Notes: generated by a model from the letters alone, not told the origin. A stretch of 64,000 nucleotides of DNA from Marsupella aquatica (GCA_973895155.1 OZ316897.1:4558211-4622210), one strand, 5' to 3'. Positions 1 to 14,532 are shown, numbered from the stretch's first letter. Numbers and translations are program-made.

Positions 1-3000
1 ACTCAAAGCCAAGGTTCCATGACCTCTTGATTTTTAAGGTAGGGCCAGCACTCATGTTCAGGCTTTCTCTTCCTCAAAGCAAGGGAATCTAAGCTTTTTT
101 GCAAGCTGCACACTTTTCACATGGCCAGCCATCCCCTTGCTCAAAGTGTGCACATGCCTTGCAAATATAAGTTTCTGCACCTGTGTTCAAGGCAAACCAA
201 AGCTTTCCGTTTCCTCTGGTTGTTTCAAAACCATGGATCTACTAGTTTGCTTATACTAAAGGATCTCTTCATCCCCTTTGTGGTTTTTCTATTTGTAACT
301 TTCTGTGGTATATTGAAAAATGCACAGTCCATATTTGGATCAGTGAATCATGAAACCCCTCCTCTCCTTTTTTTAAACAGTCATGGAAATTAAAAATCTC
401 TTAGACCTTTTAGTGTATGTTAGCCCTATTATAAGGGCATTATGGCCCACAGTGCCCTGTTACCCAGGCTTTTATATTTACTTGAATACTCACTTTGGGT
501 TTTGGGATTCCCCTGAAAAATCTTACAACATTTATGTATGATTCTGATTCTGTGTGGACCTATGGAGAAAGGGAAGCAAGGCAAGCCACAAGCACACCAA
601 GGGAAAAGCAGCCCTCTAACAAGCAGAAACCACACTCCCAAGCATCAAAGTGCACCATACAAGCAGCAGCCGGCCCACCCACCCAAAAAGCCATTGTTAG
701 GGCAGCCAAGAACAACTATCAACAGACAAGCTCACATCCTAAGAAGGCGACACAGGCCACCAAAGCACAATAATCCAACCAAAGAAACCGAAACCCCTTG
801 AGTGGATATCACAAGGCCCTAACAGCAATCCCAATCCAAAAACAAAATGCAAGTTACCGTGTTTGTGACACACTACTCGTTCTCTGATGATGTACTCTTG
901 GGCCAAGCATAGAGCAGCTGGTAAAGTTTCCTACCAACCTTCAAAGTATCACCAACACCATGGAGATGATCAACAACCTCAGAGAGAAGCCGAGAGTCAT
1001 GTCAAACTTTTGCCTACCCTTCGGACTGAACATGTGATCATTCCTCCTGATCCGCAAGGTCCACAAAACTTAGTAAATCATGAAAATCTTAATAACATGA
1101 ACATGCTCCTTGCCAATGGCTGCTACTTCAATCAGCCCAACATTCACTCTGAACAATAACCCCCTTGAAAGCTCCTATGAATAAGACCCCAACTGCTTAT
1201 AGTGTGGGCACACTCGAAGAAGAGAGGTGGAATAGTTTCAACTACACCTCCACAAAGTTTGCAATCCCAGAAGCTCTACTCAGTATTCAAGGCCCTCTTG
1301 CCAGTGAAAATGACCCTAGCCAGCACACCCCATATAAAGTTTTGTCTTGCCCTTGTGTCAACCAACCTTGGATACACATAATCAAAGAGTTTAACTTGGA
1401 CATATGTGCTTTGCATTGCAGAATCTTCTTCTCTTTCTGCTCATGCAACTCAACAACAAATGGTTCTTTCTTTTGTTCAATTACAACACAAGGTTTGTTT
1501 AGGAGTCTACTTATCAGGGATTCTTTACCCCAGTCTTTACCCCTTGTATTTTAACTAGGAAAACACAACTAGGCCACTTGTTAGAGTTTAATTAAACCCC
1601 CACTATCCCCAAACAAAACCTGGTGGATCCAGGTAACTATAAGCAATCAATATTAATGTTGTTAACATATTAGAAAAGTACTATATATTGTCTTGCCATA
1701 GGTTTTGGGACAGTGGTGCTTCAAAACTCTTCAATGGTCCATGATTTGAACCTCGTTGTGGGTTTAGGTTACTTTATTTCCCTGCGTCACCAGGTATTTT
1801 GTGGTGGTAGATAGAAAGACACTGAAAGAAGAAAGGAACTATTGCTTTACACAACCCTTGTTGTTGTAGCTTGGGAATATCCATTCATGCCTACTGTAGT
1901 GTTTCCATGAAACATTATTAATGTGATCCCACCCAAACATTTTGTGTGGTCTGTTTTAGGAAATGAGTTTTGAGCAGGACTCAATCTTGGTATTTAAAAT
2001 GACTATTGGAGTGGCCAAAAACCCCTTGCTTGGCGCTAAACTTACCCACTCATTCTTGACAACACTTTGACATGACAACTTGGCCCGGATAATTGCATAG
2101 TTACAATAACACATTTTGATTCTCAAAGATGTCATTGTCTCACATGCATTCTCTGTCTTCCCTGACATCTTTTCTGCAATGTACGGGCATTGGACTAGTT
2201 TACACATAATATTAATATGTGTAACTTACATATGGGCTAATTGCATACATACATATTGAACTAATCATGTGCATTTTGATTACACACTTGATCATTCATT
2301 GTTAGCTTATTGAGAGAAGAAGGCCCAAATGGACCACAATATTTGACAAACAACCCACTCAAATGGACCATAATTGTAAACTGGGTGGACATCCTTCAAT
2401 CACTGTTTTCATTTCAATTCATCTTTTTATTTTGCATCAATGGTCAAATTTGTGTGACTGTCTTCTCGACTGTCTTAAAAATCTTTTAGGTCCATCTGAG
2501 TTGCATGGTTACAAATTGAGCCTCTTTCCCAATTTAGATCTTCCCTATTTTAAACACATCCTTCTTGTAGTAAACAACAAGGTTAAATTTCGTGGGTGAA
2601 TTTCATTTTCCACTTTTGGGAAGGAAGGATTGTCAAATAGGTGCCCTTATTCTAAGCTAACATGGTATGACATGTAAAGGATGGAACCCTAGTGTAAGTG
2701 CAAACCCTAGATAAGGCAAGGCAATCATGGCATCTTGATATATTGGTGACTTCCCCGGGTGACTTCTCCTGAAGAGCCACACCCAAACTCGTTGGACAAG
2801 TGAGTCACTTGGTGTTGCGAACCCATCGCAATACCGATTGCGATATCCCCTTAGGTCAAGAAAGCACCTTGACAAAGGTGGTCATGAGTGGTTGCTGGTA
2901 GCACCACCATGCCCCCGTGTCAACCTGAACACAATGCTATGTGTAGTGCTGCCAACCAAGTCACGGGCCGAGAGTTATGGTCCCGACTAGATACAAGTTG

Positions 3001-4650
3001 GGGGCCAAAAGTAGGGGACAGAAGCTGGTCCGAGGTGAACAGGTCCCCAGAAGCATATATGAGGAGAGTATTTCTTCTAACATCCTCATAAACAATCAGT
3101 CACAATCAGTCAAGATCCGTCACTACTTTTGGTAAGCCAAGGGACGAGAGTATCATACAAGTGGAGCATGAAGGAGGTTGTTTGGCTTTTAAATTGTAGG
3201 ACACCCTGGGGTGGTTGGTCCTGGCGTGCCATTCTGCGGCCCGTTAGACCGAGATGATTTTGTCACATGCCCATGGGTATGTTGCACCCTAGGTCGGAAT
3301 TGGTGAGTTACACTAGAGGATGAGAGCGACTGAGAGAGAAGGGACTTCCATGGCTTATGTGAGTAAGTGCATGCTCTCTCAGTTTCCTGTTGATGTAGTC
3401 TCGATCTAGAGGTGAACCATGTATATCTTGTGTCATTGTTTGAGCTTTGTGGATATGGTTACTACTTCTGTCAATTAGTACTTGTGATCATGTGTTTTCC
3501 ACTAGCACTATATACAAGATTGGTCCCAACAAGGAGGCCCCTCGAACAAAAAACCGGAGAGACTACAAGGACCCAAGCGAGAGGCAGGTTAAAGGGCAAG
3601 AAATTGGGGAAGCTGCCTAAAAGAACCTTGGGAGAGTAAAGGGCCAACTGATAAAGTGGTATTGTGCAAAAAGGACTATCATGCAATGGATGACTAGAGT
3701 AACTAATCTGAGATGTGCGGTGAATGTAATCATATACATAATTATCCTATATATGCTTTGCATGTATCCCAAATTGTAACTCTTTTCTTTTGGGGAAATT
3801 GGAAACTTTATTACCCACCAACAAGATAGGTACAAACACCAATGGCACAGGGTGAAGCAAGGAAAAACACCAATGAACACACTACTAACCAAGTTCACAA
3901 AACTTAAGAACACAAACCACACAGGTCTAAACCAAAGAACCAAAGATGGATGTCACACCATCGTGAGTAGTAGAATAACAAATCGTGCTATCTGGGTTTG
4001 AGGTTATCTGAGTAGTTTAGGGTTTGTATATGTTTGGGGACAGTTATCCCTTTGTGGTAGCTCAAAGGCCTTATCTTTCAATGTTGAGCCTTCGAGCATG
4101 ACCTCTAGTGGCTATGGTGTGGCCGGCCGATTGTGTGCATGGAACACGGATTCCTTGAAGCGCAAGGTACGTTTCAATTGACATTTGCGTGTGATTGCAT
4201 TGGAAAAAATTGACATTTGATTTGTTGAGTATTATTGTGGGTTTTGGGCATGTGTGGACATAACTTTCAATTGTGTTCTATTCTCTTTTGTTTGTAGGAT
4301 GGGATTGTGCTCATGCCTGGATGTTTGTGACAAACAATGTATGTTGTGCAATGATGTATATGTGCACGACATGGAATATGTGAGCAGAGCAAAATGATAT
4401 CCTTTTGTCAGTAGATCATTGTAGATAAGGCATGCCAGCCTGCCAGTTTTGTACAAAAGGATATTATGATGCTCTTCTCATCCATGTCTTTCCAAACATA
4501 CCCTTCTCAATTGGTAGTCCACAAAACAATTGTGACTCCCTTAAATACTGATACAAAACAATAGTTACTCCTATTAGCTATGCACCCTTGGACCCCTGCC
4601 ATTATTTGCAAACGATGGCTACTTTGCTCTACTCTAAATCCAATGATAAC

Positions 4651-4940
4651 CTCAGGGGTTTCCCTTCCATAAAAATGACATATCATGTGTGACGAAGGAT
4701 AGGGTCATTTTATTGCTTTGAATGAAAGACTTAAGAATTTTCTCAGAAGAACAATAGAGTCTTTTAAATCTAATTTTGAGACTTATAAGAACATTAGGGT
4801 GTTTAATTCTAACCCAATTTTTGGAATATTCCAACTTTATAGGGATTGAAAATACTATTTTTTTCTTCCATTTTAGAGGGTCCGAGGCCTAAAGACGTCG
4901 CAGGTGATGGGGGAGATATCCATATAGTGAGACCCCCGAG
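4651..4940. repeat. Dispersed ~290-bp repeat, inverted copy at 48991-49274
   Basis: The reverse complement aligns with 48991-49274, e.g. TTAGATTTAAAAGA..TATTGTTCTTCTGAGAAAATTCTTAAG, AAAGTTGGAATATTCCAA and GGGGTCTCACTATA. Non-coding; probably a TE fragment. Confidence 0.85.
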
Positions 4941-6020
4941 ATGATAACCGATCCCCTTGTTATACCACGCATTGGAAGTTACTAGATATACACTTTGGGA
5001 CAAAGTGTTTTCCTCTTGAATGTTCCTTGTTTAGACAATCCCATTGCATCTAGCTCTATGAAATCATCCTTAGCTTGAGTGTACAATGTGTACTCTTATA
5101 CATTCTCAAAGTATTCCAATTGTTTACAAAAGATAGCTGCCCCTTGCATCTAGTGCTCTATTGAATCATCACTTAGCTTTGTGTACAGCTTTAATTTGCT
5201 GCTACAAATCCCTAGAGCCCTCCAATTATTTGCACACATAGGTGGCACTTTAGTATGCTCACCTTCTGCAGACACTCTGCACCTCATTCAAAATTGTAAC
5301 ACCCCATTACACAAAGTTGCCATGCTCCCACTGATGATATAGCCGGCTCATCCTCAAACTTCAGTTCAATTTTTGTCATGTAGCAGCCAGCGCAGGCTTA
5401 TCCTTGTGTTTCACTTCATTTTTTGGTCTTGTTGTGTACAATATGTGTTAATGACCTCTTAGACAGCGCAGCCAGTTAGGGCGGCAAACGGCCAAGTTAG
5501 GGTGGCACAGCTCAAGAGATTAATTAGGGAACCAACACAAGCACAAAATATGTTGCTGGCTTTCAGTGGGATGACAGCAAGAGACTCACTACAAAGGTGG
5601 AGGGCGGTAACTGTGTGGACCAATTAGGGTTGAGTGGATGAGTTTCAACTGTTTGATTTGAAAAAGGTGCAAAAAGGTGCCAGATGACCATGGTCGGATT
5701 ATTCTAAGCTCATTCTAAGCTAACTTGAGTTGGTTCCCCTAGCCAATAATGAAAAACATTTGACAAAGTACGAATCTATTAGTAAAGCACAATTGAAAGT
5801 TATGCTAAGGGCCTAGTGTCTAGAGTGAAGTCTCCAGACTATGACTCTAGGGGCACAGGTGGGGTTGGGAGTGGAACTGGAAATGGGAATGATCATGCTC
5901 ACCATCTATTATTGAGCCAAAGTCAACCATTTAGGCTAGATAGACTACAAAGAGTGGCAAAGTATGTATTTTGACCCCCCAAAATGACAACCTAATAAAT
6001 TTTGTCTTTATGAATATAGT

Positions 6021-6131
6021 AATATCTTGGTTACATGACACTACATGGTCCATAATGCCCTTCAAAACAAGGACTTTCAGTCAAGTTTTGAGGGGCTATT
6101 ATTGCCCATAATGCTGTGGTAACAGGCCTTA
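6021..6131. mobile_element. ~110-bp hairpin MITE-like element (family A), decayed copy
   Basis: Imperfect palindrome ...ATAATGCCCTTCAAAAC / GTTTTGAGGGGCTATTAT..., similar to 11631-11740 and ~49708-49810. Confidence 0.5.
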
Positions 6132-6314
6132 CCACGTTGAAACCCTAAGAGATTTTCCTTTTTATTATTTTTACTAAAAATAGAGTCCGAGCAGTTTCAT
6201 AATGAGCCTATCTAATTTTTGAGTGTGCATTCTTAGTCTTCGTTGTTTTCCCTCTTTCTAGGTTTTCGGGTGTAACTCCCAAGTTTGGTGTTTGTCCACA
6301 TTGCCTTGTGAAGG

Positions 6315-6528
6315 GCAAGCCTGTCCTTGCACATAGCCTCTGCTTCTATCCTGTGTAGGGTGGTCGAAGTCACCTTGAGGGAGACCAGTTGTGCAATCAC
6401 TGGGTTTGGATGCAATGATAGCAAGCCTGTCCTTGCACATAGCCTCTGCTTCTATCCTGTGTAGGGTGGTCAAAGTCACTTTGAGGGAGACCAGTTGTGC
6501 AATCATGGGGTTTGGATGCAATGATAGC
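6315..6528. repeat. Tandem duplication, 2 x 106 bp
   Basis: GCAAGCCTGTCCTTGCACATAG...GGATGCAATGATA starts at 6315 and 6421, with few mismatches. Confidence 0.95.
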
Positions 6529-7820
6529 CATTGGATGTGAAGGAGCTAACCCACGTTAATTTTCTTAACCCACAAATAATAACAATGTCATTCTGATAAA
6601 TACAAAAAAATCCATTGGCAATGTAAGTATTATGCCAAAAGAGAGTGGCAATCTAGTAGGATGTTTCATATATAAATTAAAATGACACCACGTGGGCGGC
6701 CCGGGAGGCACTAGAGCACATTGCAACAGGGTACAACCAGGATATAATTTTATCGGGTACTGAAATATGAGTGGGGTCATGACACACTGTATGCTAGCTA
6801 TTGGGTTTCCTTCCAGATTTGGGACTGTAATCCTTCCAGATTTGGGACCTCTTACAGTTCCGGGCATGACTCGGTGGGCTTCAAATTCAGCGCCCAACCA
6901 GTCATGACCTTTGCCCTGACCCACAACAGTCCCTGGCACTGTCAAAGCTGGAAAAAATTGACATATTTGAGACTCCCTAATAAATATGAGACTAAGATAA
7001 CCACATGTTATATGTCAGTAAAAACTAAGCATCGTGTCAAAAGTTGTGGTCTATGGGAGTTTCAATGTCGGCATTTCACAGGCGATGGAAGTGAAAACGA
7101 AGCCACAGGTGATGTGCGTGGAAACGAAGGAGGGGTCCGCTTCACCAAATCCAAAGAGATAGAGAGGGAGAACCAGAACCACTCTGAGAACCACCGCAAT
7201 TGCTGGCGGGTCAGGCGAACTCAGGAGCAGAGAGAATTGGCATCTATCCGCACGGCGCACGCAAAGGACGAGGGGCCTCCAATTCTCGTCTCTACTTGCC
7301 TTACCCATCTCCCCCACCTCACATGCAGACATACAGATCCGCATTAGAAGAGCAGGAGCCACAAAAGAAACTCTACTCATCACGTCTGGACCCCGTTCTC
7401 CAATCGAGTTCCAGACAGAGAGAGACACAAACAGATAGACACAGCGAGAGAGAGCATCCAAATTCGCATTGTTGCTCACGCCACAGCTTGGTATCTACCG
7501 TATCCGCATAAGGAGGTACTTCTGTCTTCTCTGCCTCCGGTTGATGCATACAGAAGTGAGGGAGAGCTTGGTGAGAAAGCGGGTTGTGCTCTTAATTTCA
7601 TTTCCATTCGGACGAGTAAGGGAAAGAGCTCTCTCGGCATTCTGTGTGCAATGTGTGCTTTGCTCTGCTGGCAGGTTGAATTCCTCCGTCGCTGGTTGCC
7701 CTCACGGTCACTCTGATAGTTCTGTTCTCCACGTCGTGCAGAGACGGAAGGAAGGGGCCCAATTCACAAAGCTACTCTACGGTTGGCCGGTCGCCCCTCC
7801 ACAGGGACAGAGAGGGAAAG

Positions 7821-10729
7821 ATGGAATTGGGTCAGGCGCGAGTGGCTCGAATTGCTGCACACTTGCGGCCAGTGGTAAGTCGTTAAATCGATACATTTGT
7901 TTGGCACACAACTGCTGTTCTGAAATGTCAACTATGAATGCGAGTATGACCGTCAGCGTCGATTCATTTGGCCACTGTACATTGGATAGAAGTTGTAGTG
8001 GGTTTCAATGGCAGTCAGTTGAATGGAAGTAATTTTGTGACGTGGGTTTGCCTCTCTGATGAATGGCAGAGGCAAGATGAGTTTTCGTTGCGAAGGGAAT
8101 TGACGCGGGCGAAGGGAGCTGGACCTGGATTCAAGGTCGCAGTTCTAGGAGCTGCGGGAGGGATTGGGCAGTCTTTGTCGCTGCTCCTGAAGCTGAATCC
8201 GTTGGTGTCGACCCTCCATCTTTACGATGTTGTCAACACTCCAGGGGTTACGGCAGATATTAGCCATACTGACACCACCGCAGTGGTATGCTGAAGTGTA
8301 GAACTATGACATCAGTTACGAGCCCTTTGTTTTTTCCGTTCGTGAAATAATGGTTGGAGGAACTGACCCTCTGTTGCCGCTTGTGAAGGTTCGAGGATTT
8401 CTTGGCAACGCCCAGTTAGGTGCTGCATTGGAGGGGGTGGACCTTGTGCTCATCCCGGCAGGAGTGCCACGAAAGCCTGGAATGACTCGTGATGACCTTT
8501 TCAACATCAATGCTGGGATCGTGAAGACCCTTGTGGAGGGAGTGACCAAGAGCTGCCCGAAGGCCATCTTGGCAATCATCAGCAATCCTGTGAACTCCAC
8601 TGTCCCAATTGCAGCAGAAGTGCTCAAGAAAGCCGGTGTCTACGATCCCAAGCGGTTATTTGGTGTGACAACACTCGACGTCGTGCGAGCCAATACCTTT
8701 GTGGTGAGTTCACAGCATGTCTAGAAGCGCTTGTGCAGACAGCTTGGGGCCCTGAAGTCCAAACACTGATTGACATCACAACTCAGCACGATGCGTGTAT
8801 CTGCGCTTTATAATTTTTTCTCGCAAAATGGATCAGTCTCATTAAGGAACACAGTAGTAAGTCTGTGAGACATTGCGTAGCTTGTCTATATCTTCTTTGA
8901 CCAAACCATTTCTGTAGGGCTGTATTGTTTCTCTCCGGTCGTTAATACTTGACATTCTACTGTCAGTTACCATTGTCATTGAAACCTGTCTTCGTAACAA
9001 TCTTGCCAGGCTGAAACTCGGTTGCCTGTGTAGGCTGAAGTTATTGGGGTGGACCCAAAGACTGTTTCAGTGCCCGTGTATGGAGGACATGCTGGAGTCA
9101 CCATCCTGCCCATCCTATCCCAGGTATCCTTGAGCAGAGCGGTGGACTGTTTTTGGTAAATGACTCAGAATGGTTTGCTAGAAAAAACAGAGAGTTGGTT
9201 AACCGTCCTCTAAGGGATTGAAGCCCTGGATCTGGCCCAAATCACACGTACCACATTGCAACTCTCATGAATGGCGTTGGATAGGGACTCAGTGTACGAA
9301 TGTCTGAGGAGATCATGCACAGCAAGGCAATTGAGCGTATTGCAGAGTAGGCCAAGGGCTAGACATGGGGTTTTCGAAATTCTGGTTAGCTGGTCGGATG
9401 AATGTGCGTCTGAGCTACTCTTTTCCTATTTTAATCTCTGTTTTCGGTAGTGGGCACGCTCGCTGGCTTGGTTGTTCTGGATTCTGCTACTCGGTAGTCT
9501 GTCTTGGCTTTATGAAGCGGTGAGCTGCATCCTAAGACACAATTCTGCCATTTGCCTGTACAGCTCTGGTTTGACTCTTGTTTTGAATCATTGGATTGAT
9601 TTTTGTTTTCAGGTGTCTCCTCCGTTCACATTCTCCAAGGATGAAGTGGATTATTTGACAAACCGCATTCAAAACGGTGGCACGGAGGTCGTCGAGGTAG
9701 GGCAATGAGACTCTCAGTAAAACATGTAATGTTACTTGCCTTCCAACTTGGAAGATCTAGTGAACTGTTCTATTGACTTTGGTTGATCAGTGTGGATGAT
9801 AAGCGTTGTTTTAGTTTGCTCGGGAAACTTGTCCTTAGTCTTACGGAGGCGCTGTTGGACTTATTCTGTTGAAGGGTTTTTGATTCGTCTTTAGCTCTAT
9901 TTGTGCAACTTAGAAGAGAAGCTTGTACCTCTTCTCCCAGCGCAATTGTTCTGATTCCTTATTTTCTTCCGTTAAACTGCGACACAGGCAAAGGCCGGGG
10001 CAGGATCAGCAACTCTTTCCATGGTTAGTCCCTATCCGTTGTTGCATACGTTTTTCCTTGGATGACTATTGGGGTTTTTCTTTCAGGACATGTGTCCCGT
10101 GGTCTTAACTTAATCTTTACTGTTGCACTGGAACACAACCCTCAGGCCTATGCTGCTGCCAAATTTGCCGAAGCAGTTCTGAAGGGACTGAAAGGCGAAA
10201 CGGAGGTTGTTGAGTGTGCTTTCGTTGCGTCAACGGTATGATGCAGTATTTTTATTTGCTACTGCGCATTTGGTCTAATCAACTGGCATTGTTCCTAGAA
10301 AATCCAGAATACTGTCAGTCACAGCGAGATGTTTGCACATTTTACAACGTGGAGAATGCTTATCACAGGATGGCCTAACATGATTTGCTTTGCAGGTAAC
10401 TGAGCTTCCGTTTTTCGCTTCAAAAGTGAAGATTAGCAGAAATGGAGTGGACGAAGTGTATCCCTTGGGACCTTTGAATGAATATGAGAGGTGAGAGGGT
10501 TCACAAGTTAAGCTGAAAACTGTATAATTCTTGCACTTTGGATATAATCTTGCTGTCTTCTGTTTCACTTACTAATCTGCGTAATTGTCGCTGTGACTAA
10601 TGACAGTGCTGAATGACACTCTTGTTCTCGTGTTTTAGGCAAGGATTGGTGAAACTGAAGTCGGAGCTGAAGGAAAGTATCGAGAAAGGTGTCAACTTCG
10701 TACTAAACGGCCCCTCCAAATCCAAGTAG
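7821..10729 (+). CDS. PMDH: Peroxisomal/glyoxysomal NAD-malate dehydrogenase, 356 aa, with N-terminal PTS2
   Basis: Nine GT-AG exons with consistent phases: 7821-7874, 8070-8285, 8389-8703, 9034-9123, 9613-9696, 9988-10023, 10146-10235, 10396-10490, 10639-10729 (1071 nt). Motifs: PTS2-like [82 protein letters not shown]. Confidence 0.96.
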
Positions 10730-11630
10730 AGCAGTTTAGTACAGTCGAGAGTTTCCCCAGAACATGTTAACTAACGTAGGCACTAATGGTAGTGTTAGAA
10801 CTGTTGTATAGGTAATGGAGCAAAGTTTTAGTTCATGTCTGAAAGCGATCAAGCAAGGAAAGGAGCTGGTGTACATAAGGAATGAACCCCTCCAATTTGT
10901 CAGGCATGCCGAAAGGCTCCAATAATTTACTTTGGGTTTGTACAAATGTTTATTGTCCAATTAACGAGGGCCCAATACTTACGGGGCCACAAACATGAGG
11001 ACGCACTCAAGGCTACGACATTCACTCTGAACAGCATAGCCATGTCGATCTGTGTTTCCACGCTACGAATGTGATTATCAATCTTGGGCTTGCACTTTTA
11101 CCGGCACAAAGTTTTTTTATGCGTGATTTGGGTTGCCACGATCACGTTTGATATAGCCTTCTACTCTACTTGATGGACATTGAAATTGTTTTTTACACAC
11201 AGACCCTGCAGATCTTTTGTTCCAATTTCAAATAATGAGTGCAAATACATTTGTGTGAGTATAGTTCAATATTGTATGATGGGGGTCCCAAATTGGCCCA
11301 CCCAAACCATATTGGGCAAATTATTGTCCATTGTATTGTCAAAACTGTAAAGACTTGTGATTTTTGTATTGATATAGTCTCCTTTCTGTTGAGGAGGGGA
11401 TTATGTGAAAAATGTAAGAAAGGTAAAACCCAAATATAGTTTTATGATATAAAACAAAATAAAAAATTGTATCAAAGATCACAAAATTTGATTTTAACTT
11501 CTTTCATGTTTTTGGCCAATTGCATCGCAACCATTTCTAGCACGGCCCTTTAACTTCAATTTTCTATTTGATTCAGAGGTTCATTTTTATTTGTATGTTA
11601 TCAAAAAATTACTCAAATATTTAGGTATGT

Positions 11631-11740
11631 TAATGTCCTAGTTACAAGCATTATGGGAGTAGTGACCCTCAAAAATTGGGCTACGGCCCTCATTTTTGGG
11701 GGGCTACTACATCTCATAATGCACTCTAACCAGGACATTA
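11631..11740. mobile_element. 110-bp palindromic MITE-like element (family A)
   Basis: TAATGTCCTAGTTACAAGCATTATGGGAGTAGTGACCCTCAAAAAT pairs with ATTTTTGGGGGGCTACTACATCTCATAATGCACTCTAACCAGGACATTA. Begins and ends with TA, as in Stowaway/Tc1-mariner elements. Confidence 0.7.
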
Positions 11741-13429
11741 TCTTATTCATAAAACAATGTTCAGTGGTTCAGGATATTATGACTGCGTAGCTTTTGCCAC
11801 CCATCTGGTAAAAGTTGTAAAGTTTGATAGTTTTTGTGTGAGGGATGGACCCCTTATTGGAATTTCTGATGTGTAGCTTCTGATCTGCAGCATCGTACAA
11901 AATTTAGGGTTGTGACCCAAATCGCAAATGCAGGATCTTATCGTCAAGGAGAAAGGAAAGTTCCAAGTTTTGGCAATGGATCTCACTAGTGCCAAGAACC
12001 TCATCTCACGCATACACGAGAAGATAGTATCTCAGCCCAATAAGTAAAGGCTACAGGATTTAGCTCTCTCCCATGAAAGCTTGGGCTCATCTACAATTCT
12101 CTACTATAGATTTTTCTTCATTACCAAAAGTTGATGGTGGACATTGGACTTGCTTGTTCAACAAATACATGTATCTATGACTTTGGGTCAGAACAGGCGA
12201 AAAGCAGAAGCAATCAATACATTGACACACAAATTGCACAAGGATGGAGATCATCAAACACAAAATGACTAGAACTATTGTACCTTGTGTGTCTTGTATG
12301 TTCCTTATGTTCTGCTTATGCTCCCCAAGCAATGGTGTCCCCCTTCCAAGCAGGCAATTGATGCAGAGGACTGTGTCGTTGGGATAAAAGAGAAGACTGA
12401 TTCCAAGTGTGGAGGGACTTACCATACCTTGTGCCTAGACTGGTAGAGACCCACATTGACAAAACTTTTGTGAGCATGCACGTCTGCTTTTTTCATACAT
12501 CTGTGTTTGCCTAGTCTGTTTTCCATTTTGCTCTTTCCTGCGAGGTGTATCTAAGATGACAACTACTTTATTCAGGAAACATCATGAACTCCAAATTGAA
12601 TGTTAAATCATACCTTTTCATTTGTTACTAAAAGTGTATAGTGTTAATTATTTTTTAGCAAAGCAAGACAACTTCTACAGTTTAGGAGAATAACATGGTT
12701 GGAAAGACCCCCAAACTCACAACAAAGGTCCAACATTCATCTCTACAGTTTCCAAGCAAATCCACTAAGGTGTTGCCATACTAGCTTTTAAAAGGATTTC
12801 CTTTTAATCATGACCACACCCAGCTCCTGCCCACCTTGTGTTTGAAACTTTCTTCTTGGATACTCATTTTGGTCTCTTAAACTTGGATAGTATACTTTTG
12901 GGCTGCAACTTTTGCCTCTAGTCTGGATCACTCTCACAACCAGTGAGATGCTTATAAGAAGATAGCCAAGAGATGTCCAAACAAAATTTACAGTCAGACT
13001 TTGGTCCAGTTAACTTGCTTTGGTACCCAAAGTGGGCATGGCGTCAGGTTTAGAGACTTTGCCTCCCTGCTTATATAAAGTGCCTCTTCACGAGAGAAAA
13101 CTAGACTGAGTTTTTGTGGAGCCCATTTGAGGGAGACATCTCTACATGGCCAAGGGGGCAGAACTTTGGACCTCCTCTAGAGATGTTCTACTCTTTTGGC
13201 ACACAGTTCCCACCTTGTAAGCTTCAAGCTATGTCCCCACTCAATTCGAGATTGGGATAGGATAGGGATATATTCCCAAGCCTAAAGTGCCTCACATTTT
13301 TGTAAAGAGAAAGGTTGTTGCATGTTTGTAATGGACAGATCTTGGACAGATGAGACTTAATGGATCAAAAAAACCTTCCCAAACTGCTAGCTGCCTCCCC
13401 CACTATGTGGGATGCCCCTACCTTGTTTT

Positions 13430-13608
13430 GGTAACCACTAGCCTCAATGCCCATTCTTTGAATAGTTATAAATCAATAATAAAAACCATCATGCATGTCA
13501 TCATTTTAACATACATCGTTCTCTCCATGCACATAAATTTTGGTGGGGTCCTAGAGTCATGGTCTAGAGACTTCACTCTAGAAGCCTAGACACCAACTCT
13601 GGCTTCCC
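13430..13608 (-). repeat. Dispersed ~180-bp repeat (family B)
   Basis: The reverse complement matches 50354-50534 and 34528-~34710 (GAAGCTAGAGTTGGGGTCTAGGCTTCTAGAGTGAAGTCTC...GTATGTCAAAATG). Partial copy at ~5812-5856. Confidence 0.75.
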
Positions 13609-14529
13609 TTTGGGCTTTATAAATAAGATACTGGGGGATGGATTAGATTTGGATATGTTGACTCTATGTAAAGTGCCTATAAGCCAAGGGGACAGAGATA
13701 CATTGGTCAATTGAGTTGTACTGAAATACTATATAGTGAGTTCCCTTTGAGTGCACACTCCCCAGAAGACCCCTGTGCACTATTGATAAATGTAAGTTTC
13801 AAGACTTCTGCACTTATCAGTAAAATCAGCATTCAGGATCTTTGTCAAACTTAGAATCCCTGTTAACACTCTATCTATAATCTACTCAATATAATATACA
13901 ATCCTGCCTTTTTTTACTTATTGTCTGTTTACAAAATGCACTTTTGGAGGGAACTCATTAGACCCTTGGATTTAAAGCCTAAATATTCCTGTCCATGAGA
14001 TTTGGTGAAAAGAAGAATAAAGACTCTTTCCTAGCTTGGGACACAGATGCGCTTCCATCCACACCTAGACTATGGCATTAACATCTATAAAACTATTCTA
14101 ACATAACGTGATTGGAAATTGAATGTGAGTTGACATGTGGCTGTAATGGGTAGGTGGGTCTAACAAGAAAATCTAAGTAGACTCCACGGTCGCTTTTGGG
14201 CACATGCTTGCTCCATTCATGTAAAGTAAACTTATAGAAAAAAAACAATACAAATTAGAGTTTTGAGCTGAAAAGACATAATTCATAAATTGGAAAAGAC
14301 TATTGAGGGGAGAACTAAATTTCTTATATTTCCTATCCTCTCTATGAAGTATTTCTTCCAACTTAAATTAATCCTAAATTCTTTTTTGCAATAACCATAT
14401 TGACCAAGGACACATTGGCCCCAAACATAAAATGGACACAACCATGAAATGGTCACGATGATAATTGATTTGCAACATATAGCAATAATAAAATGGCTGT
14501 AAGTACAATTGTGCAGTGCATGGGCAATG

Positions 14530-14532
<3 letters not shown>

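Noticed and set aside
1-4600. Many 60-130 aa ORFs and a WF*NNQRKRK homeodomain-like snippet on the minus strand
   Set aside because: No recognisable domain or exon chain; probably decayed repeats.
6874-8032. Long overlapping ORFs upstream of MDH (157, 142, 103 and 187 aa)
   Set aside because: They lie in the GC-richer promoter, 5' UTR and first intron, mostly start at non-ATG codons, and show no homology I can recognise.
10727-10774. Stop-codon readthrough of MDH creating a PTS1, as in animal MDH1
   Set aside because: The extension SSLVQSRVSPEHVN has no SKL-type end, and the stop context is not a readthrough motif.
12087-13420. Possible very old minus-strand LINE remnant (CINC.., W..KLSLVFS)
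   Set aside because: The motifs are too decayed to support by eye; needs a tBLASTn or HMM search.
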